Shown piece by piece: positions 1-12,780 of a DNA stretch of 64,000 nucleotides. Under the pieces are notes generated by a model that saw nothing but the letters and a program-made list of their open reading frames with translations, was not told where the DNA came from and searched no databases. The position numbers were made by a program, and so were the translations under genes. Source of the stretch: Lingula anatina (Eukaryota; Animalia; Brachiopoda). Location: the NCBI GenBank assembly GCA_051362555.1, contig CM120642.1:4650001-4714000 (forward strand), written 5' to 3'. Position 1 is the stretch's first letter, and the number at the start of each line of letters is the position of its first letter.

Positions 1-377
1 TCAAGTGCATTGTGGTGCATGTGTGGTCGCCTTCGCATTACTACCAACATATCTCATTGATATTAGAAATATATTTCCTCCATGTTTAGACAGTCTTGCA
101 TGTTCATTTGTTTCAACCAGATAATGCTTTTCATGAAAAAAATTGAATCTGCAAGTTGTTTTTATTTATGTTTTTATAAGCTGTTACTTAACATAATTAT
201 AAGTTGGTTTATTTTCATAATGGTGTTATAATTGTTCAGTTTTGTTCAAACATCACCAAGTGGACCACCAGCTGTTCATAACCACGTAACATTCTTAATA
301 ACATTAATGATTAAAAGTAATACCTACAGCATAACATTTTTACCTTGCTTTACCCGTAATTGTCTCTTCTAATTCAG

Positions 378-3300
378 ATATTGATGAGTGTGATACACGT
401 ATTGCCCGTTGCCATAGAAACCAAGAGTGTGTGAACACCATTGGCTCGTACCGCTGCATGGTCAAGTGCGGACATGGCTTCAGACGCACTTCGGGCGGAC
501 TGTCATGCCAAGGTACCCAGTGACCTTCATGGTTCACTCATGGCAATATGGACTGTATATAACACCTTCCAACCCCCACCCTACCCCAATAACCCATGAA
601 CCAGTTGACTAAGAAAATACATATTTTGTGATAGTAAGCCTCTTGTTTTATACTGCAGTTGTTTGGTCTTGCCTTTAAACAGGAATCTATATGCATATAT
701 ATGGTAATTGTAAGAATAATTTCCTTATTATTGCCATGAAGGTGAAGCGAACTTCACATTCTGTGAAAAGGCAAGTCAAATCTTGCTCAAATGGGTGTGT
801 TCTTCATTTTTGCTGATTTGAACTAAAACAACCATGCAAAATTGTATTTTCTTATAAGGAATATCCATATTGTATCTAAGCAATCATCGTTGGCTACAAA
901 GCCCCTTGCAGTCATACAATTCTAGGTCATTTAAGCAAGTTAAAGGTGTATTCTTACCTTAAAGTAAAAAATCTTATGAAAGCCTGTCTCAAAATACAAT
1001 ATGAAGTTATGAGGGACTCGGGTTTGGTTGTAAATTACTAGCATTTACACCATTTGCAAAACCAGGTTGGGTTACTGCTTTTGAGGCAGGACCAGTTATT
1101 GTGTAAGTGAAATATCTTTTCTAAACATTTTATAAATTCCAAGTATCATTTGCGAAAATGTGGTATAGCCTCTACAGGAATATACCCAAATTGTCTTATT
1201 TTGTTGCCATGTGTGTGCCAATGAATTTTAGAACATGTTTTCATCTAAAAGAAACATGATTTGTAGATAAAACGTGTCAATCATATCTCTGGAAGATATA
1301 TAATTTATGCCTTTGAAAGTTCATTAAAATCTTGGACCAAAAATATTTTGCCTGTATTGAAGATTCGGTTAGAACAATAGTGCTTTGTTGTTGACACAAA
1401 TACAAGTTCAGAGAGTTTTACAACAAAATTATTGTACGTACTGGTGTATATAAAACATATAAAATACAATTTGAAGATAAAATTTTAATTAAGGTTGTTG
1501 TTGGCTGACCATCCAATTTAACATTTTAATCTTTTGTTACTGTTTTCCATAAAATGCTTCAGCATGGCTTCCAATTGCCCATTAATTATAACTTTGTCTT
1601 AACTGTCAAGAGCCTTTACTGTTTGGATTTCAAGAATAATAACATCTCCATTTTAGCCTGACATGGAGTTTATATCTGATGCCCCTGAATAGAGAGAGTT
1701 CAGATGCCCAAGCAACAAATCACACCAAAACCTGTCACATGTCAACATATGCCCTCATTTGGTCATTGCTATATGTTGTTTTATATATTGTACATTTATT
1801 TCATATATCACATTAATTTAGATATCAATGAGTGCCGAGACACGCAGAACCCATGTGACCAAACATGCCTCAATCTGATTGGTAGCTTTAGATGTCGTTG
1901 TAAACATGGTTACAGACTTGTTGGACGAACCAAATGTATTGGTAAGAAATTTATTTTATTCTTGTACCATTGGAAAATGATTTAAGATATTTATAAATTA
2001 ATTTATTTATTGTCATTAGATTTAATTTTAAGTTGGCAAATATAAAAGAAGCCTTAATTGACCAAGAACCTATCAACTTATGGTGGACTTGAGTTTGTTT
2101 TAGATATTTTAGGTCACATGAATGTGAACGTGAGTGAAAAAATTCTATGAATTTGTGTATTTTATACGGTAATAATAATGCTGTTATTAAATCATCAGAA
2201 ACTTTATATATTAATTTAATGTTTCATTTATTACATGCCATTATTAATGTAATGTTAAGAAACATTTGCTAAGGGATTGCTGGATGACCTTAAATATTTT
2301 AGATGTGGATGAGTGTAAGCAATCCAACCCATGCAGTCACCAGTGTGTGAACACACCAGGCAGTTATGAGTGTTCGTGTCCTGGAGGATTTGAGTTGGTC
2401 ATTGGAGGAGTATGCAGAGGTAATATCATGTAAATATCTCATGTTAATTGAAGGGTGGTAGTGGGAGTTTGACTTTCAGCACTGACACAGACAATCTTTG
2501 ATCTTCATTTTCAAATTTTCATTCATGCCCTTAGCCAGGGGAAAGTGTTGGCTTTTTGAATAAATCCTTTTTGTGAGGTTAAGGTATGCTGTGGGTAAAA
2601 TTTGATCTATGTACACGAAAGTTTTATGGTATAATGTCCACTTTTTTCAGAAAAAGAACCAACCTTGAAATTGCTACGGGCCTGCATACCTCCATAGTAT
2701 AAGTTCCTACAACTGTACTCCTTGTAATACAAGTACCTTTTATTGCAGACATAGATGAATGTGCACACAATAGTCACAACTGTCGTCCAGACGAGGACTG
2801 TCACAACACTCAGGGCAGCTTCCAGTGTGTCAAGTCTTGTCCCAAAGGCTTTGAGAAGGCAGCAAATGGCACTTGTATAGGTGAGTGGAAAGCCATCGGG
2901 ATACTTATGTGCTTAATTTGGTTTTATTGTAGAACCAGTGTGTCATTCCCATGTCAACAGGCTACTTTAATATAGAATCCTGTCCAGGAAAGCACTTACT
3001 ATGGCTCATCTGTTTAAAGTGCATTTATATGTCTCCTTAATGCCACCTAGCTGTTAAAAAGCACGATGTTGTTTTTTTAAGTATTAAATTAATTAGTTAC
3101 ATTTCCACCAAGCTTTTATTTGATTGAATTATTCATATTAATTATTAAATAACTCTTAAATTTTCATCAAAATACATAATTTCTGTGATATGTTCATTTT
3201 ATAAAAGTTTACCATTATAACATTTTTTTCTTTATTTTTACAGACCAAGATGAGTGTACTCTTGGCCTGAGTAGATGTCACTATAACCAGAAGTGTATCA

Positions 3301-6300
3301 ATTCATATGGAGGTTACACATGTACCTGTCCTAGAGGTTACCGCTCTGATGGGCCAGGAAAGCCCTGTGTGGGTGAGTAGAGAATGGGGTAAAATATTGC
3401 ATACTTTCTTATAGAAAACAGTTGGTGCCAAAAACATAAAGCCCAGGATCTAAGAACCTATACTGGACCAGGGCAGAAATAGTAACTGGACAAATGTACC
3501 ACTTATTATGGGCCTGGTGTGTAATTTTACTTGCACTGGCATTTGGGGTCAGGTCAGTGTTAATGTCACATAATGAGAAAAAATTGCCAGGGACTGAAAT
3601 ATTTTACTTTGTCTAAGAATACTATTGTAGTTCTCAGTTCATGTCGTACACTGACAGGGACTAAAAATGTGATTTTGGCATGGAAAATGTATGAAATTTT
3701 TAGTTGGTCTGATAAACTGAATGTTCAGAAAATTTGAAATTCTTTGGGTAATACAGAAATGATAGTCATGTTAAACCTGTGGAAATAATTATTGAATTCC
3801 ATATATGTTTTGTCATGCCCAAAGAGTGTTCTTGTAATTATATGCAGTTAAAGTGACATATCTCTGAGATCCATACTAGTATGGGTCATATTGCTCATAG
3901 GGGATTTTCAGATTCACATATTTTGATGATATTTAACTTGTATTTTTGATTGGTTCATAGAGCCTTTCAAGCATTTGTTATCTTTATTAACATTGGTGCT
4001 TTACTGTTTCCAGTTGTTAATTTTTTCTAAAATATTTCCCAAGATCCAATACTTCTTGCAAGACATAACTACATAAAACAACAATGGGGAAAATTACAGT
4101 TTTTTATCTGTATGGAATTTCCAGGTGTGTGTGTCATTTCTTCACTAACCCAATCAAGTATTTCAGATATCAATGAATGTGCGGGGCCAAAAAGTCCATG
4201 CACCTACCAGTGCCGCAATATTCCAGGAAATTTTGAGTGCCTTTGCCCTCCTGGAATGAAACGATTGGCTGATAAGAAGTCATGTGCTGGTTAGCATCCA
4301 TTGCAGTCTGCACCATGTCTCATGTTTTTTGTCAAATATGTCTGAAGCAGGGTCTGTTAGTGCTAGTCTGAGTATCACAAGCTACATGGGCCAGTTTCTT
4401 CAATTTCAAGTTTCCATACATGTCTGTTTGTCACATCTGAACCTTAGCAGTGTTTGATTGAAATTTGCTACATCAGACCACAAATGTTAGATGAGTTTAT
4501 TAACTAAGTCACATTTGCCTTTCTATGAAACCACAAAATCCTGATATTTGGATGTGCGTTTGTTACTGTTGTAGTAAACTTCAATCACCAAGTTCAATGA
4601 ATGTCAGAGTCCAAAAAGCTTGCAATGATTAAAATTCTGAAATGAAGAAGCTGAAGCACATAGGTTCTAAAGCTCAGGGTAGTTGTTGCATGCAACATAT
4701 TTTAACCACAATATCACTTATTACATGTGCAGGTTAAGCTGCTACAGTAATTACTTTTTAATTTTGAACAAAATGAATTTCATTGAAAAGTAAGAAAATG
4801 TTAATGTAAATAATTTACTTGAAAATTCCATGTAATTGCTGTATAAGCTTTTGATTTTTCAGACTCTGAGTAGTCATTTCACTGATTTGTTTGTTTGATG
4901 TTGCATGTAATTTATTATAAATACTGCTGTGTTTGTCTTTAGTAATTCTAACTGTAGGCATGACAAATGGGCATATTAATAACTCAAAAATGCTGAACTT
5001 GTATTAATTTTTTGTTTTGTTTTGTTGGTTTGTCTTATTATTTTTTCTAATAATGTGCTTGTCTCACTTAATTTAAAAGCATGCAAAGGTGCATCAATGG
5101 TCACATATCACGGACTTCATGCAACATATCTTTTTAATTTTCTCAAAAAATAGAAGCAAATTTACTAGAAGAAAAATGTGCATATATTTGCCTCAACTAG
5201 TTGCACTAATGCAAAATATGTCAATATAATTTATTATGTAAAAATGGTAGAAGACAATAATGCTATCTAAATTGCATATAAAAAGGTGCATTATAACGGA
5301 ATGTTGAATAGCCTAAGATGAATGACTATAAAAATCATACATTTTGGCTTTTTGCATATTTTTCATGTGTTATCTAGATTCTTTTTATTTTGAAATAGAA
5401 TTAGTATTTTGAAAATTGTTTTCTAAATTGTTTTATTTTACTTTTTGTTTATTGATGAAATCAAAAGTAGATTTTTGAGATACTTAAAAAAATTTTTTTT
5501 AATACAGTACATCTACAGTCAAACTTTTATTTGACTAAATTATTGATAAGATTTTTAAGTAAGCAATTTAAATAGAACTTGGTTGCATGAAGTTTAAGTT
5601 GATATTACCCAAAGGCATTGTTCACAGAGAAGATGGCAATTTTTTAATAGCCTATTACAAAAAATCATTTCAAAGAAGTCATGGCAATGAATAATCTGCA
5701 TTTTGGTTTCTTTTCCCTTATTTGTCCTCCATTTATACCATGATGGTAAAAATTAAACCTGTGTATGTATTGCCCTTTTTTGCGATGCCACAAAACCACC
5801 TTTCACACTTATTCATCCAAGGAAAGTAACAATAATTTTTGCAAATGTAGCACCATGAGAGCTGCCATCTTGTCTTAATGTTATCTTGCCTTCTGGTTGT
5901 GTGACATTGGTGTGTACTTCCTGCCACCCACTGCCATCTATATTCAAATTTCAGGCCTGGAATTCTTGGATCGTGGTGAGGTCCTCAATGTGATTGGCTC
6001 TCCTTACCCTAGTAACCAATATAACCACGATGCTTACACCCAATCAGAATGCCAGCCTGGCAAACCATGTGCACTGAGTGGTGGATCCACACTGCGTGTT
6101 GCATGCCCTGTTGGCTTCCGTTATGATAGACGACAGGAGCGTTGTGTTGGTATGCATCAGCATATGACTTCCTCAGCAAACATTTTGTTACTGTATGAAT
6201 GTCTAATATATATGAATATATATGAAAGAGGGTTCTGTATTCAAGATTTCCCAAAGAGTATTTAATTTTGGGAAAACATTGGCCTTTTTGAATGTGATGA

Positions 6301-7903
6301 TGTCAATTGGCGTAAATACATGTATAGGTCCCAGTTTGGTCAAACAAGGATTTTGACCTTTTCTCTCTTTCTTGCCTTGGGTTCTAAAGTAATCTGGCCC
6401 TAGTCCAGGATGTTGATTTTCAGATTTTTTCAGGCTTTTGTCACCCACAGTGGCCTATGATTCCACCTCTGTACCTCTGTCCAGTTTGCATCAAGTTGAA
6501 AATATTGAATACCATGCAAACTGTATTGAACCCTGTGTATTTTGTGTCAGTGATGGATTTTTTTTTACCAGCAGTTACAAAATGTCGCAAAATCAAGACT
6601 TTAAAGCTTCTTTTCTCATACTGATAGTGATTGATTTACCGAATGACTTGCGTTCTCTCAGTATTACGAACATTTCCTTCATAGATTATGATGAGTGCCA
6701 GCAACAGGGTCGCTGCCAACACAAGTGTCAGAACACAGAGGGCAGCTATAGATGTCTCTGTCCACCTGGATATAAACTGAGCAGCAATAAAAGAACTTGT
6801 ATAGGTATGTGTGGTGGGGTAAAGGCCTGTTCTGTACGGATTGAAAATGTACATACGCATGTTTATCACATCTCTATGATATGGATTTTGGCCACATTGG
6901 ATAGTTATGTCATTGGGCAAATTCCATGAAATGAATTTTGGAGAATCTGATGAAACTTTGAGTAAAAATCAATAATGTAGGTACAAATTGTAATACTCAT
7001 CAGTAACAGAAATGTGTACCAGTAGTTTTGGTACTATAATTAATTTTGTATCAAAAAGGTGCTCCTCTTAACACCTTTTTACAGTCATTCATTTTAAATT
7101 TCTGAATTTTATATTTCTGATTTCATAATGATAGCATTTTTTACCTTATTTCAGACATTGATGAATGTAAGCTTAAGACAGCTAAGTGTGACCCAAAACA
7201 GATCTGTTTTAACAGACGTGGAGACTACACATGTATTGATACAGTGTGTCCAGATAACTACAAGAGGGATCCAATCACAGGGTGAGCCAAATATTGTATT
7301 TAAATGACTGTTTTTTCATATTTGTCAGCATTTATTTTATTTCACTTGTATACTGCACTAAGTTTCATATTTGAGTGTCTCAATATCTCAAAGATTGGAG
7401 AGTTGAAAGCTGAAACTTTTTTAAATGCAGTTTTCATTGATTTTATCTGGTGGTTGAATGACCATACTTTAAAGTTTTTGTCTATGGCAGCAGATTACAA
7501 ATATTCACCTTATCATTTCAGGGACTGTGTTTTAGAATGTTCGTCTTCAAACCAACCATGTCCGACCAATTCCCGCTATGCAGATATTCTACAAGTGCGC
7601 ACAGTCTCTCTCCCCAGTGGCATCCCTGCGTATCAAGATCTTATCAGGTTAATAGCGTACAACCAATATGGCGTTCAGTTACCAAATACATACTTTGACA
7701 TTATAGAAAATGATCCTAAGATACCATTCCAAATAAGATTGACTTCAGACGGCAAGGGAGTGGTGTATACGATACGGCCTCTAGAAAGACAGGCAACATA
7801 CAAAATAAAAGTGCGCGCACGATCCTTTGACCACACGAAGAGGCACTTAATGTACCGTACTACTTTCTTAATACACATTGCTGTTTCTGCTTTCCCATAT
7901 TAA
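378..7903 (+). CDS. HMCN1: Hemicentin (HMCN1/HMCN2/him-4-like), 3' portion: tandem calcium-binding EGF domains plus fibulin-type C-terminal domain; 5' part lies outside the window
   Basis: Ten GT-AG exons with consistent phases: 378-512, 1822-1941, 2303-2419, 2749-2880, 3244-3372, 4167-4289, 5955-6149, 6685-6804, 7155-7281, 7522-7903. Most start with D-[IVQY]-[DN]-E-C and carry C-x-N-x-x-G-S-[YF]-x-C (cbEGF). The 'KKSCAGLE' junction followed by a non-EGF insert and CPVGF matches hemicentin, and the last exon encodes a fibulin-type FC domain ending '[10 protein letters not shown]'. Confidence 0.88.
4585..4690 (+). pseudogene. Decayed duplicate (pseudo-exon) of hemicentin cbEGF exon 4167-4289
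   Basis: 'tcaatgaatgtcagagtccaaaaag...tctgaaatgaagaagctg' resembles the exon's 'tcaatgaatgtgcggggccaaaaag...cctggaatgaaacgattggctg'; the acceptor is lost and the frame is broken. Confidence 0.4.
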
Positions 7904-10049
7904 ATTTTGAACCTTGCTGAGAAAGTTTTAAATGTAAATGCCTGTGTTAAGGTGCTAAAGTGCAATGATAACACTTGGTGCTAATAAAATTCAGGATTTG
8001 AATATTGCCATAGTAACATGTAAAATAAGGAGTTAAATGATGCCTGTATAACATATGTACACATTAATAATTTGACTGTTGCCATAGGTACCACTGAAGC
8101 TAAATTATTGATCATGTGACTTTCCTTAATTAATGGCAATTCCAGTGTTGTTTACGTTAGGTTCATAGCAATATTAAGTGTCCTCGTTTGCTAATTGAAC
8201 TCCTGTTCCATCTTATTTTAATTTGGACAATCATCCACAACAAGCATGCTGCAGAATGGGATAGTTTTGACACAGAAATCACACCTAAAGGAAAATGTTT
8301 TTCGTCTGCTTACATAAATAATACTTACATGATGTTGAAGGTTTTATATGCTACAGTAGTTTGATGTGTTCTTAATTTTTGTTCTGCTCTGCACAAGCCC
8401 ATTTTGTAGTTGATAATGTTGCAACACAAGTTGCCAAATAAGCCATATGCATGTATGTTGGGACTGTGGCAGCTTTCTCTAGTAGATAAAACCTCTGTGT
8501 GCAGCAGTTGCCACAGGATATGAATGGTGGCGGTACTTTTTTTTAGGTACAATGTATCACTAGTTGATCTAGGTTATCACAAAGAGGAGCATATCCCTAA
8601 GCCTTCCCTGAGAGAATATTTTTGAATAAAGGTGCAATCTGTTGCACTGCGCACACTGTAGAGGGTTTGAGAGTATTTGTTTTGGGGGGGGACATTTTGG
8701 ATTTTTTTTCTAGGAAAGTTGTTGGAAGGACTGCCTGGATCTGTGGATATCTTTTGTATGTCTATTGTTTGTATTTGTGGCATCACGGTTTTATTTTGCC
8801 CTTTAATTTGCCCATATTTTATCAATAAAAATGAGACATTTTAATATTGCTGTACTGATTAGTATAAGCATTCATAAGTCCAATCATGCCATCACAATTC
8901 CATAATTCCATAGAATCATCAATAATGAATAATTGATGAGAACATAAAATGGTAATTTGGGAATATGGTACCTTCGCTAATGTGAGCCAATGTAACCACA
9001 AGAAGGTTGTAAACATAAGTGTACTCACAAATTTAGGCAATGCTCTGATGCCAAGATTTTTGAGATTTTTTTTTTAAAACATTTATGTTTTTCTCACAAA
9101 AGCATCCTTTTGACATGACTAGCTTTTCAAAAGGTTTGAACCTTCTTATTCATTTTCATTTGTTAGCAATATAGTACTATTTTGGCAAATGCATCATATT
9201 GTTTAAATATATTTAGTAGTTGCCATAGCAACTGGTATAGAGGCAGTACCATATCCCTACCAAAACATGCACACTTACTACCTCTAGGAACACAATTAAT
9301 TTAACAGGGAAATTAAGTTGTGCTAAGGAGCATTTCATTACTTCATCTACAAGAAGAAGGAAATTTCCCATCATAGTGATAGACAGTTTAGGAAACAACC
9401 TTTTTTCTTTGCTCTCATGCTGCTTTTCAATTTGACTTGTTATATGTAATTGTTTGGAGAATGTCTTTTTAAAGATATTAGAACTTAGATATGAATTAAA
9501 GAACGGCAACTCTCAGTGCTTGCAAAGGAGCATCATGTTAATTGTATAGCGAATTGCACTGTACACTTTGAAATAAGAAAACAAATGTACATTTTATGTA
9601 ATAAAATATTTCAAAATAACTCGTCTAAGTTCTCGGGACTATGTCTAGGTAGATAAAACTATGATTAAATATGTATGACAGCAATGATGTTGGCAGAAAA
9701 AAATTAATGCACTAAAAAATGACATTTTTACACGGACATACAGTACACCCTAGCATAAGAAAGATCTCTACAATAATTTTTTGATCAAAGTCGATGCACT
9801 TTTGGTGGTGGGTACAGCTGCACCACATTTCTCCAATCATAATGACAATGGAAAAGTGAACGAACTATATTCGAATAAGACAATAACCGCCCGAATGAGT
9901 TGAGTGGACATAGTTGCTACGGTCCAGGCTCATTTCGCAATGGGGGAGTAAAAAACACTGCTGAACGAACGGCTAAATTATCAGTGTGAGCTCACAAAAA
10001 ATTGATTTTATCAATTATCATGTAAGACCATATAGGTTGGTCGTTTTTT

Positions 10050-10348
10050 GAAAATGGTTTCAACAGCAACTCTTCAAGTGCAATGCGCAGTACCTGATGA
10101 GATTTGCATATCAATAAGTCGGTCAGCACAGTGCGAGCTGTCTTCTTGACTGGTCGGTCACTTGACAGCTGGGCCTTGTAAGAAGAGGACGCGGGACAGG
10201 TGTGGTGAAGTCGCAGAGACGAACATTTCATTCAGCGTTGAAGCTTGGGCCCTAAGTCTGAAACAAATATGTCTACTAGACTACAAGCTTACTTGTATGA
10301 AGGTGAGAAGAAGTTACGTCTTGTGTGCATAACTCGATGATGCGGTAC
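10050..10348 (+). promoter_or_regulatory. Putative promoter and first (leader) exon of PEMT, containing a 23-aa uORF (10269-10340) and possibly 4 coding codons (MMRY, 10337-10348)
   Basis: Locally CpG-rich; octamer ATTTGCAT near 10102. Consensus donor TAC|GTAAGT at 10348/10349 is phase 0 and joins in frame to acceptor tcacag|tgt at 15966/15967, giving MMRY-CSSRG-MEVPEL. Confidence 0.4.
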
Positions 10349-12474
10349 GTAAGTCTACAGACAAAGTAATTTACATACTTCTCCGTTGTGATTTGAATTT
10401 CATTTAGCTTGCATACTAGCTCTTCGTTTCATGAAATTATTGTAATGTTTGCAACTGAAGCAGATAAGCGAAAGAACTTTTTAAGGCTATATTATCCGTG
10501 CTTTTATAGTTTCGATTTACATAAAATAGGAACAGGCTATTGTGCCATTCATTTTGGAAAATTTGCTGGTCATGAATAAAAACTGAAATGTGCATCAGAT
10601 CTGGACCCTAAAGCTTGGTCTTAGTCGTAACTGTGCGAATCCTTTTCTTGAAAGAAATTCTCTATAAGTTTGAACCTTTGTGAAAACCTTCAAGTAGCGT
10701 TTGATCATACTCCTCATAGCGTACAACATAGCGTAAAAATATCATTATTATTATCATTACTATTATTATTAGACTTCATTGACATTTGATCATTCGATTT
10801 TTTAATCTGCTGCTTAACCAACCACAGTGCGGTTCTTTCAACATTAGCACAATTGTCTTTCCATTTTCAGAAATTCTAAATCCGAATTTAATTGCATTGG
10901 AATAGCCTACGTATCAACTTCGTTATTTAAATGAAATTTTGATATTTCAGAAGTGCCAACTCCTTTGCCAAGATCCTACGAAATACATTTTTTTGCGTCT
11001 GATAGAAACTTCCAGTCTTTTGGCAACAGTATTTTGGAACCGGAAACACACGCACGAACGCATCCAGTATGCTGAAAATTACTGTGCACATCAGAGCATA
11101 TTTGGTCTACATGTTGTTAAAACATATTGAAATGGTGTACTAAGAACGATCGTGTTCCCCTTTTAAATAATAATAATCGATCATTTTTGGTTTCAAAACA
11201 TACTTATACGTAATATTTTTCATATTATGCAATAAGAAAATCGCCGATGCACCTGATTTTATCTGAAAGCCATTCGACTTCTTTCCGTTTTTATACTATT
11301 ATACAATAGATAATTTTAATCATTTAAATATTATTTTCAAAGTGTTTGCATGTCACAACTTTAAAACTTGAAGGTAAAAGTACAATTTTCACCATATTAC
11401 ATGTACCAGCTGAAGCAAGAGTAGGATTGTTGATTAAGATGATTGACTGCCGTTTCATTTGCTATTATAGTACATATTCTACAGGCCAATTTTATGTTTA
11501 TTATTTTTATTTATGTTATTATCTGACACTTGTGAATGACGAGCAATGTACAAGAATAAATGCGATTATTTGCAGTGGTTTCGATTTGAGCAAAAATACG
11601 CACAAGTATAAGTGGTATTGGTATGTACTCCTTTTTTAGAATTTTTTTTCTTGCTTCCAATAAAAAAATTTAATGTGCAAATTATAATAATTGAATTAAG
11701 CATAAAATATCTCCGTTTAGAAAGACACAGTGTATTATGTCACGAAATATCTGATGTATCATTTTTTGTTGTAATGCAAAAGTTAATGTTGCCCCTCCTC
11801 CGAGAATAGGCCTATTATTATTATTATTATTAGTCTTTTTGAATTTTAGTGAGAATGCTATTTTGATATTTCAAAACCACTGTGTTATAACGTTTAGTTT
11901 TAGACCGAAAACCGCGATAGAAGGAAATGGGATATTTCTTAAAATTATACACAGTGTTAATTTATTAAGAACCTTAACACTTGAAAAAGCAACGTCGGGC
12001 ACAGCACATTTATTGTATTTATGTCCTTTTTCAGTATCGATCTTATGCACAGTAGTTTTCTGCAATTAAAGCTCTTATTTGTAAGCACGTTCTCCTGAGC
12101 ACGGAGTCCTTACTTTCGACCTTTTCAGTTTTTTTAGATAGTTTGCATGTGAATGTAATTTTTCTCTTTTTTATATTGTGATAGAACTGAGCAAATAAAA
12201 TGCGCATGAAATTTATGCCCGATCTTATTTTGCATACTGCAAACTGAGGATTATGGCCAAGGGTAATGTTCAGTGTATCATAAAGCAGGTATTCTTTACT
12301 ACTGCATATGTCAAAATAAATGTCCTTATATATATTTTGTATATTTAATTATGAACACCACTATTTTCTGTCATTAAATTTATTCAAAAATTTCAAATTA
12401 AAAAAATCTGTGTTCCAATTTGAAATGAGTGTGATTAGTGCGACTCCATTGCAATAACACTTGGTGTTACAGTT

Positions 12475-12780
12475 CGGACAAGTCCATTGTATTTTAGGGG
12501 TGACAGGTGGGGCGAGTCCATGCTATTCAAGGGGTGACAGCTTGGATGAGTCCATTTGATTCGTGGGGGTGACAGGTGGGGCGAGTCCATTTGATTCGAG
12601 GGGTGACAGGTTGGGAGAGTCCATTCCACTTGAGGGGTGACAGGTGGGGCGAGTCCATTCGATACAAGGGGTGACAGGTTTGGAGAGTCCATTCCATTTC
12701 AGGGGTGACAGGTGGGGCGAGTCTATTGTATTCGAGGGGTGACAAGTTTGGCAAGTGACAGGTGGGGAAAGTCAATTCCA
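12475..12780. repeat. G-rich minisatellite, ~30-bp unit (aggggtgacaggtggggcgagtccatt...), about 9-10 degenerate copies
   Basis: Repeated 'ggggtgacagg' every ~30 bp; explains spurious ORFs 12435-12692 and 12527-12922. Confidence 0.85.

Noticed and set aside
378-7903. Fibrillin or fibulin-1/2 identity
   Set aside because: No TB domains seen; the SCAGLE insert and C-terminal sequence fit hemicentin better, although the diagnostic Ig/vWA region is outside the window.
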